Part shown: positions 54,518 through 64,000 of the stretch, piece after piece | How positions within the stretch are numbered: the stretch's first letter is position 1 | Layout: each line of letters opens with the position of its first letter | Source of the DNA: Eledone cirrhosa | Taxonomy: Eukaryota | DNA: 64,000 bases | Direction: 5' to 3' | Assembly: GCA_964016885.1 (NCBI GenBank) | Contig: OZ024760.1 | Span: 33,790,001 to 33,854,000 of the forward strand | Position numbers and translations under genes: made by a program | Notes under the pieces: model-generated | Told to the model about the DNA's origin: nothing | Seen by the model: the letters and a program-made list of their open reading frames with translations, nothing else | Database searches by the model: none

Positions 54518-55342
54518 TTAATGGTGTCCGAGTCCACCATAACCTGCAAAACCATGTCCACCATAACCGTAGCCACCATATCCTAAACCACCTTGTCCAC
54601 CAAAGCCATGACCAGCAAGACCACCGTGACCACCAAATCCACCGTGACCACCAAGACCACCGTGACCGCCAAAACCACCGTGACCATCAAAACCACCGTG
54701 ACCGCCAAAACCACCGTGACCACCAAGACCACCGTGACTACCAAGACCACCGTGACCACCAAATCCACCGTGACCACCAAGACCACCGTGACCACCAAAG
54801 CCACCGTGACTACCAAGACCACCGTGACCACCAAGACCACCGTGACCACCAAAGCCACCACCAAAGCCACCACCAAGACCTCCAAAGCCACCACCGAAAC
54901 CTCCAATGCCACTATATCCGGGACCACTAAATTCACCATGTCCACCTTGAGCACCGTAAGCTGCGGCATGTCCAGCTACAGCCGCATGTTCACCGCCATA
55001 GGCATCATGAGTAGCATGAGCAACGTCACCTCCGTATTTTTCCAACATGTCATCTTTATGTCTGTCGTGATCTTCGTCATGTTGATGATGTCCATAGCTG
55101 TCCACGTGATCGTGTTCATGGTTATGATATCCAACGTCGTAAGCAGCTTTCGCTCCATGTTCACCATGTTCAGCGTAGGCATTATCAGCTACATGTTCAG
55201 CAGAAGCTACACCATGGTGGGCTTCATCTTGTCCTGCTTCTCCATGGTGTTCACCATAGTGTCCCCCATGGGGTAAAGCTGAACTCTTCACCAAGAGGAA
55301 GACAGCTGAGAATACAGCCAGGGCCAGAATTGACATGTTCAT
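54518..55342 (-). CDS. Secreted His/Ala-rich, GGHGG(L/F)-repeat protein, paralog B (274 aa)
   Basis: Intact ORF with signal peptide and 13 hexapeptide repeats; acceptor AG at 55370-55371; AATAAA (minus) at 54428-54433. Confidence 0.9.
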   Translation of the reverse strand: MNMSILALAVFSAVFLLVKSSALPHGGHYGEHHGEAGQDEAHHGVASAEHVADNAYAEHGEHGAKAAYDVGYHNHEHDHVDSYGHHQHDEDHDRHKDDMLEKYGGDVAHATHDAYGGEHAAVAGHAAAYGAQGGHGEFSGPGYSGIGGFGGGFGGLGGGFGGGFGGHGGLGGHGGLGSHGGFGGHGGLGGHGGFGGHGGLGSHGGLGGHGGFGGHGGFDGHGGFGGHGGLGGHGGFGGHGGLAGHGFGGQGGLGYGGYGYGGHGFAGYGGLGHH

Positions 55343-55743
55343 GATGGTAGTTTAGAAGAAAGTGGAGATCTGAAAGTAAAGAAACGTAGGAGAGACATTA
55401 GAAGATATTTAAGAATATATTGGCTGTACAGAAGATTTAGAAAGTAATATAGTTTATATGAATTATTGTGAAATATGTGCCAGGATGTTTTTGTTAGGGA
55501 AAAACTGATAGAATGTTAGTCAGAAATACAGGAATGGAAAGAAGTGTAAAGCAGAATAACATATACAAAATACTTATTTTGAAAAGGGGATCTTAACCTC
55601 GAAATATCATGAAATATAAGGTAAAAGTCTAAACTGTTGTTTTGCTTTGTTTTACTTAATTTTCTCTAGTTTTCCTTCTTATATTTCTAACCTACATTGT
55701 ACCGTCTTTCCTCAATCAACCCTAACCATATAACATTTACACT

Positions 55744-55859
<116 letters not shown>

Positions 55860-55926
55860 ATAAAACGAAATTTCATTTCTCACTCTTAGTACGGCACTTA
55901 CTTAAATGTAAGTATGTATGTATACG

Positions 55927-56060
<134 letters not shown>

Positions 56061-56100
56061 GATGGGTAGATAAATTGAAACAAATTAAGAAAGTATCATT

Positions 56101-56178
56101 TCTTACTTCTGGTCAGTTGGTCAAGCAGTCTGTCCAATGAATGATGAAAATCCCTCTAAACTAACCAATATATATATA
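56101..56178 (-). promoter_or_regulatory. TATA, Inr, non-coding exon 1 and donor for paralog B (intron 55370-56106)
   Basis: Minus strand reads TATATATATTGG...TTCATCATTCATTG...GCTTGACCAAC...GAA|GTAAGA; clearly homologous to 58024-58099. Confidence 0.7.
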
Positions 56179-56606
56179 CCCTCTGGTGAACTTGTACATC
56201 TAGCTGATCAGTAAAATGGTATTTTTAATGCTATAACAAACAACACACCTACTCACTAGTTGAAACTGTGTGGAGTGACATTCAATTGTTGTTGATCTCG
56301 GCTCAAGTAGCCACTTAAAGACGGCAGGAGATTATTTACATTGATCCAAGAAATTTTGGTCACAGCCACTCACATTTTGGGAATTATGCATTGTGGGGGC
56401 GCCCCCCCCCCCCCCCCCCCCCCCCACACACATAAACACACACACACATCCACACACACACACACGCACGCACACACAAAGACACTCATATATATATGTA
56501 GACACATATACACACGCACAAATATAACATTATCTATATATTTTTCTATTTTTATATATATATATCTCTCTTTCATATAAATATATACATACACACACAC
56601 ATATAT

Positions 56607-56661
<55 letters not shown>

Positions 56662-57338
56662 CATATATGCACACACACATACAAGGTGCTATTTCCCAAT
56701 GTCGGAGTAGATTTTGAATTCCAGTGAAATTTCTTTAAATAAACTGATATAAAATCTGATACAAATTCCATCCAGTCTTCGAGTAGCTGAGTGGCCTACT
56801 TGAGGTGTAACCCCCATAACCCCTGTACACACCTCCATGTAGTTGGGGGAACAGCTGAGGTGTTTGTTCTGACTTAACAATGAAGTTATTACTGGATTAA
56901 ACCGAACCAGACTGGACTAACCAGTTAGACACAATCTCTCTCTCACTCTCTCTCTCTCACTCTCTCTCTCTTTCTCTCTCTCTGTCTCTCTCTCTCTCTC
57001 TCTACCTATATATATATGTGTAGATATATATATATATATATAAACGCACACACATACATTATATATATATATATATATATAAACACACACATACATTATA
57101 TAATATACATATCCAACTACTTCTCCTAAGTGTGAAACTATTAAGACTTTGTGTTTTTACATCTCTGAGTTTGTGTTGTCTTTTCTTTATACATATATAT
57201 ATATACATACACATACACATACATATATATATATATACATACACATATACATGCATACATACACACATACATATACATACATATATATAAACAAACATAC
57301 ATATACACATACGCATACTTACATACACATACATATAC

Positions 57339-57369
<31 letters not shown>

Positions 57370-57751
57370 CATACGTACATACGTACATATATACATACAC
57401 ATACATACACATACACATACATATACACATACATACATATACATACATATATATAAACAAACATACATATACACATACGCATACTTACATACACATACAT
57501 ATACACGTACATACATACATACATACATATACATACGTACATACGTACATACATATATACACATACATACACATACATATACACATACATATACACATAC
57601 ATACATATACATACATATATATAAACAAACATACATATACACATACGCATACATACATACACATACATACATACATACATACATACATACATACATACAT
57701 ACATACATACGTACATACATACATACATACATACATACATACATACATACA

Positions 57752-57782
<31 letters not shown>

Positions 57783-58023
57783 GTATACACAAACATACAT
57801 ATACATACATACATACATACATATATATACACATATATACACAAACATACATATACATACATACATATATATACACATACGCATACATACATATATATAT
57901 ATATACATAGATATACCTACATACATACATACATATATATACATACATATACATACACATATATACACTTACCTACATATACATACATATATCTACCTAT
58001 CTATCTATCTAGCTAACTCTATG

Positions 58024-58099
58024 TATATATATTGGCTGATGTCTGCCTCTATTCATCATTCATTGTTCTGATCGCTTGACCAACAGCCAAGAGGTAAGA
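58024..58099 (+). promoter_or_regulatory. TATA, Inr, non-coding exon 1 and donor for paralog C (intron 58094-58582)
   Basis: TATATATATTGG...TTCATCATTCATTG...GCTTGACCAAC...GAG|GTAAGA. Confidence 0.7.
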
Positions 58100-58609
58100 A
58101 TGAAGACTGTACAACTTTACCACATAGTGACAGGTTGAATCTCCCTGAGAACTTCATTTGTCGAATGCTCTGTGACGTACATTTCCTCTCTCTCTCTCTC
58201 TGTATATATATATATATATATATAAATATACACACACTTTATTCTATGAATATTTCAGTATAATTGCTCTATATTCTGACTGCCATTGTAATTTTGAATA
58301 TCTTCTTATGTAACTCTTGTATTTCTAGTTAAACAACTTTTACCTTATATTTCTTGATATTTCGATAATTCAAAATAAGTATTTTGTATATGTTATTCTG
58401 CTTTACACTTCTTTCCATTCCTGTATTTCTGACTAACATTCTATCAGTTTTTCCCTAACAAAAACATCCTGGCACATATTTCACAATAATTCATATAAAC
58501 TATATTACTTTCTAAATCTTCTGTACAGCCAATATATTCTTAAATATCTTCTAATGTCTCTCCTACGTTTCTTTACTTTCAGATCTCCACTTTCTTCTAA
58601 ACTACCATC

Positions 58610-59434
58610 ATGAACATGTCAATTCTGGCCCTGGCTGTATTCTCAGCTGTCTTCCTCTTGGTGAAGAGTTCAGCTTTACCCCATGGGGGACACTATGGTG
58701 AACACCATGGAGAAGCAGGACAAGATGAAGCCCACCATGGTGTAGCTTCTGCTGAACATGTAGCTGATAATGCCTACGCTGAACATGGTGAACATGGAGC
58801 GAAAGCTGCTTACGACGTTGGATATCATAACCATGAACACGATCACGTGGACAGCTATGGACATCATCAACATGACGAAGATCACGACAGACATAAAGAT
58901 GACATGTTGGAAAAATACGGAGGTGACGTTGCTCATGCTACTCATGATGCCTATGGCGGTGAACATGCGGCTGTAGCTGGACATGCCGCAGCTTACGGTG
59001 CTCAAGGTGGACATGGTGAATTTAGTGGTCCCGGATATAGTGGCATTGGAGGTTTCGGTGGTGGCTTTGGAGGTCTTGGTGGTGGCTTTGGTGGTGGCTT
59101 TGGTGGTCACGGTGGTCTTGGTGGTCACGGTGGTCTTGGTAGTCACGGTGGTCTTGGTGGTCACGGTGGTCTTGGTGGTCACGGTGGTCTTGGTGGTCAC
59201 GGTGGTCTTGGTGGTCACGGTGGATTTGGTGGTCACGGTGGATTTGGTGGTCACGGTGGTTTTGGTGGTCACGGTGGTTTTGGCGGTCACGGTGGTCTTG
59301 GTGGTCACGGTGGATTTGGTGGTCACGGTGGTCTTGCTGGTCATGGCTTTGGTGGACAAGGTGGTTTAGGATATGGTGGCTACGGTTATGGTGGACATGG
59401 TTTTGCAGGTTATGGTGGACTCGGACACCATTAA
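58610..59434 (+). CDS. Secreted His/Ala-rich, GGHGG(L/F)-repeat protein, paralog C (274 aa)
   Basis: Intact ORF with signal peptide and 13 hexapeptide repeats; acceptor AG at 58581-58582; AATAAA at 59519. Confidence 0.9.
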   Translation: MNMSILALAVFSAVFLLVKSSALPHGGHYGEHHGEAGQDEAHHGVASAEHVADNAYAEHGEHGAKAAYDVGYHNHEHDHVDSYGHHQHDEDHDRHKDDMLEKYGGDVAHATHDAYGGEHAAVAGHAAAYGAQGGHGEFSGPGYSGIGGFGGGFGGLGGGFGGGFGGHGGLGGHGGLGSHGGLGGHGGLGGHGGLGGHGGLGGHGGFGGHGGFGGHGGFGGHGGFGGHGGLGGHGGFGGHGGLAGHGFGGQGGLGYGGYGYGGHGFAGYGGLGHH

Positions 59435-59589
59435 ACATCACTTTTAATCAACAATAACTCTCTAATGTAGAAGTTAAATATGAATATTAAACAAAATGTG
59501 TTGCTGTTTTCTTTATGAAATAAACTTTATTAAATTAATATCTGTGTCATTGGTTATTGTTTGTGGCTTCCTTTCGGTTTTCTATATTA

Positions 59590-59900
59590 TATTTGTAATG
59601 TTATGGTAGTAGAAAAACTATTATTGGAGAAAGTCGTCTGGTGGGCTGTCCTAAAAGGATTGGGGGAAGGAATCTTCCCCGGCGAAACCCTCATTAATTT
59701 CTTCAACTTCTACCTGACGGTGTGGTAGTGAAGGAGGTGCTGATATCTAGTGTGTTTTATGGAAGATAAAGAAGGTGAGAGCAGCGAGATTGACGAGCGG
59801 GACCTGACGGCTGAGCTCCTGCCGTTTCAAGAGCTAGTTCGGAACTAGCCGGTGTTCTGGCGGCAAAAGTAGCTGACATCATCAGGGGGAAGAAAAGTTC
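59590..59900 (+). mobile_element. Old Tx1-like ORF2 C-terminal fragment
   Basis: EKVVWWAVLKGLGEGIFPGETLINFFNFYL aligns with KEIVWWTRLKGL...GDALINFFKFHL of the 43855 ORF2. Confidence 0.6.
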
Positions 59901-60443
59901 AAATATGAGAATACAGTTTATGCATAAATGTCTTTAAGAAAATTTCTGGGTTTGTGGGGGATATAGCAGATGCCAATCAAATTGTTAGAGGCAGTCATGA
60001 AAGCACTCAATGTGGTGAGAAGTTGATACATTTTCATCCAGAGTAAACACCAAAGGTTAATGAAGTGTAACACCAAAAGAATGTTACGACAATAATATAC
60101 AACATCGATATATAGAAACAGTTTTATAAGGTTCACCTTATAAATAGAGAAAAGAAGTTCAACGTATCGGACTTTAGTCCTTCGTCAGAAGAGAACATGT
60201 AGACAGATTAGAAAATAAGAAAAAACTGGAAAAGAGGGAACATGTGAATGTCTGTGTGTATATGTAGGTAGGAATGTCTATACATTGTGTTGGTCTATAT
60301 ATGTGTGACTGTCTATACATTGTGTGTGTGTGTGTGTAGTTTGTCTGTGTGTGTATCCAATATGAAAGAAATTGTGACAAATATGTATCTGATCGTTAAA
60401 AAAATAGCGAAACTCAACTTCAAGGTGGCCAAATGAAGTCGAA

Positions 60444-60465
<22 letters not shown>

Positions 60466-60474
<9 letters not shown>

Positions 60475-62230
60475 ATATTAACAAATGGAAACTATATTTA
60501 TAAAATCATATTTATTTCATTATACATATTTCAAGGGCCACCACAGCAAACTATGGTGCGCTTTCATCAGATAAAATATAATATAGGTTAGTTTTATAAA
60601 TAAATATTGACATACCCTTAAAAAAATGCAACCATTCTGGTTGGAATCTCCTGGATAGTGGAGTTATTAGATTTATTGTTGGTTTATTATGCAAATTAGT
60701 GTTGGAAAGGGTTAAAATAGTATATTTAAATTAAGCCGTTGGAATAGGGAAAAAAGAAAAGGAAAAATGAAGGAAAGAAAGAAAGAAAGAGAGAAACCTG
60801 AGTATATTTTAGTGAGAGAGAATAGCGTTATTTTGAAGAAGAGGCGAAGGAATAAATATAGTGTGGATGAATACCGTAAGATGGATAAATCAATAATACC
60901 AACTAATAACAGATACTAATAAAAAAAACTAATAAAAAAAATGGATAAAACAATAATAAAGTTAAGTTGAAGAATTTATCTAATGTTTAATTAATAATGT
61001 TTAATTAATAAATTTGATTAAATGTTTAATTAATAATTTATCAATTCAATCCGTAGTTTAAATGTGTATGTTATATTATATTATTATTAAAATTATATTA
61101 TTAAAGAATATATATTATTAAAAACAGTATATTATTAAAAACAGTATATTTAAATTAAGCCGTTGGAATAGGGAAAAAAGAAAGAGAAAAAGAAAGAGAA
61201 AAGAGAAAAACGAAAGAAAGAAAGAGAGAAACGTGAGTATATTTTAGTGAGAGAGAATAGCGTAATTTTGAGGGAAGAGGTGAAGAAAAAAAAATAGTGT
61301 GGATGAATACTAATAACAACCAATAACAGATACTAATAAAAATGGATAAAGCTAAGTTGAAGAATTTATCTAATGTTTAATTAATTTGATTAAATGTTTA
61401 ATTAATAATTTATCGATTCAATCCGTAGTTTAAATGTTTAAATGTGTATGTTATATTATTAAAGTTGAGATCTATATATTATTATTAAAGAATATATATT
61501 ATTTAAAAAAATATTATTATTATTATTAAAAAACCAAATATAATTTTATTATTATTAATTAATTAATTAATTAATTAATTAATTAATTAATTAATTATTT
61601 TAAAGAATTTTTAAGTTTAAAATATTCGAATATTTCCAAGCTCATGGAATTTCTGAGAGTTTACCGAAGAATAATCACTTATATGTAATAGCAGTAGAGC
61701 GTAATGGAAATTGTTAGCGATCTAATAATAATTATTAAGATAGCCCTAAAGATTATATGTTATAAAGTTAAATGTTATAAAATTAAATGTTATAAAGTTA
61801 AGATGTTAAAAAAATTTTAATTATCCATCTTAATAGTGTAATTAGAGCAAGAATTTTATGTTATTTTATATCAAGTTATAAATTCATAACTCAACCTGTT
61901 ATACAGTTATGACTGTTAAAAACATAATTTTTTTTTCTATAACGTGTTAACATTTAAAAATTCATTCATTCGAATATATCTAAAGCATAAACCATAAAAA
62001 ATCTTTCACAAGAGTACATCTGTAGAATACATTTAAGGTATAAATTTCATATGTATATATAAACACTTTGATATATACATACACACACACATATATATAT
62101 ACATATATATATATACATCAAGCATTTGAAAAATATATACACAATATATTCAATATGAATTATATGCATAATGAAATAAATATGGTTTTATAAATATAGT
62201 TTCCATTTGTTAATATATTGTATATTTACT
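60466..62230 (-). mobile_element. Penelope-like 3' UTR fragment with an inverted 5' tail and an internal ~425-bp tandem duplication
   Basis: 60466-60525 is inverted at ~62165-62225; hammerhead at 60513-60578; the block starting ~60719 is repeated at ~61143. Confidence 0.6.
60513..60578 (-). ncRNA. Minimal type I hammerhead ribozyme
   Basis: Minus strand reads TATTTTAT-CTGATGA-AAGCGCACCATAG TTTG CTGTGGTGGCCCTT-GAAA-TATGTA-TA-ATGAAATA. Confidence 0.7.
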
Positions 62231-62477
62231 CCAATAATTTGTTGAGTGCTTTATATCAGTTATAAAAATATTTTGCTTGTTGTATCGCAACAAATTAAAT
62301 ATAACCTCTACACACATATATATATATGAAAATATTCAAGACTCCGACGGCAGAGCTCAAGCCGTTTCGACGGCTATTTCTGGACTTTTTTAGTTTCAGA
62401 AGATCTCTTTAAGGGTGAAAGCAGTGATTCTTTGAAACTTTAATCTGTTATTTTAATAATTAATATATATATAGGTA

Positions 62478-62546
<69 letters not shown>

Positions 62547-62563
62547 ATATATATATATATATA

Positions 62564-64000
62564 CTAGCAGTTTAGCCCGGCGTTGCTCGGGTTTGTTCAT
62601 TTGCTATGAAAAGTTACATACAGCTAAACGTGGTTTGAAAGCGAATAAGCTTATCAATTAAGTGCATAAAGCAGTTGAACCGGTTATTAAAAGTTACGAA
62701 CCAATTAGCATTTTGGTCAATCAATGATGGGTTAATAATCCTCCAATAGCGAATTTAGTAGACCAAAGTTGCAAGATGGTGGCCCTGATGCCGCTGGGTG
62801 TCAGATCTGTCCGCCATGGGATACCCTACCAGGAAATAGTGTTCCAGACGGCACCAACATCTATAGCACCTCTTTGTAGACGATATTGCGTGTCATCCCT
62901 TGAGGAGAGTAAGCAAAAAGTCCATTCCTGCTCCCTGCACGGGAACAGGCAACATAAAGCTGGCCATGGGAGAAGCATAGCTCCTCCAAATGGATGCCGG
63001 CCACCGACAATGTTTGCCCTTGTGACTTGTTAATTGACATGGCAAAACATGGTCTCACCGGGAATTGGGATCGTCGGAAATCGAACGGGATATCTGACGC
63101 CGAGGGGAAAAGGTTCATCCTTGGAATGAAAACATTCTCCCCTCTTCCGCACCCCGTTACAATGGTGGCCTCAATCAAGTGGGTGTCAGTGACTTGACGA
63201 CCATGCGAGTACCGTTGCACTGCTTTGGTGGACGCAAGTTCCTTATTAGCATAATGGGACAGCCAACCCTAAGCTTAATAATGTGAGGTGGGAGCCCTGG
63301 GGGCTCAAGGAGATTTAATAACTCAACCGGATAATTAACGATATCGTTGGGGTCTGATTTGAAGATGTGCTCTTTACCGGGAATCTTCTCAATCAGCTGC
63401 TCGTTAATAAAATTAACCATGGTATTTTTCGGAGCAAGGATGGCTCTTTCGCTGAGCCAATCGAGGTTTTTAAAGTTAGATGAGACATTAGGAAAAACTG
63501 CTTCCCAAAGGTCAGAAGGGCTGCTCACAATGTTGCACAGGGTGTCGATTGCTATGCCGCCCTTGTCATCGGCAGGGATCTTGCCCTCACCAAGTGCTAA
63601 AATGTTCTGTGCTGCAGACATGTTGTCACTATGCAAATGAGCACGCATATTTGTGCTCAGGTACAAACTATTCACCTGGAGCCACAACATGGACGACTTA
63701 AGACAGGCATGCACTTCATCAGCTCTTGTCCATTTGGGGATGACAGGCAGCGTTTTCCGAAAATCCCCTGATAGCAGAAGGGTTACGCCACCCATAGGAG
63801 CCGTAGAATCCCTAATGTCTTTCCGGGCCCTGTCCAATGCCTCAAGGGCACCCTTGTATGCCATTCTGCACTCATCCCAAACAATGAGGCAACATCTTTT
63901 GAGAACCAGAGCTTTGTGTGAACTCTTGCTGATATTGCATGTTGGTGTCTCAGTTTTTACTAAATCCAAAGGGAGTTTAAAGGTTGAATGTGCTGTCCTG
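62564..64000 (-). mobile_element. Helitron 3' portion (frameshifted Pif1-family helicase, terminal hairpin and CTAG end); continues past the window
   Basis: IVWDE, GDF, NGTR, AMSINKSQGQTL, HGQLYVACSR; minus-strand CCCGAGCAACGCCGGG hairpin followed by CTAG-T in (TA)n. Confidence 0.92.

Noticed and set aside
62861-63969. Host PIF1 helicase gene
   Set aside because: Intronless, frameshifted and followed by a Helitron hairpin-CTAG terminus.

Overview
Eukaryotic, AT-rich, microsatellite-dense genomic DNA, very probably octopus (inferred from tRNA-derived SINEs resembling the octopus OK/OR families). Bases 1-14245 are a G/T-rich 35-bp satellite with higher-order repeats. The rest holds four likely host genes that share one architecture: a short non-coding exon 1, then a single exon with the whole CDS. 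Three are paralogous secreted His/Ala- and GGHGG(L/F)-rich proteins resembling cephalopod histidine-rich beak proteins; two of these form a ~1.2-kb inverted repeat, and the three show mosaic identity suggesting gene conversion. The fourth is an orphan secreted Pro/Asn/Tyr-rich protein. Mobile DNA includes a near full-length L1/Tx1-like LINE inside an (AAT)n tract, Penelope-like (GIY-YIG) remnants, about a dozen intact or decayed minimal hammerhead-ribozyme motifs (several in fold-back structures), a ~608-bp bipartite RTE-derived element in 5 copies, R4-like and CRE-like fragments, two MITEs, SINEs and a Helitron 3' end. Most ORFs in the supplied track are microsatellite artefacts.
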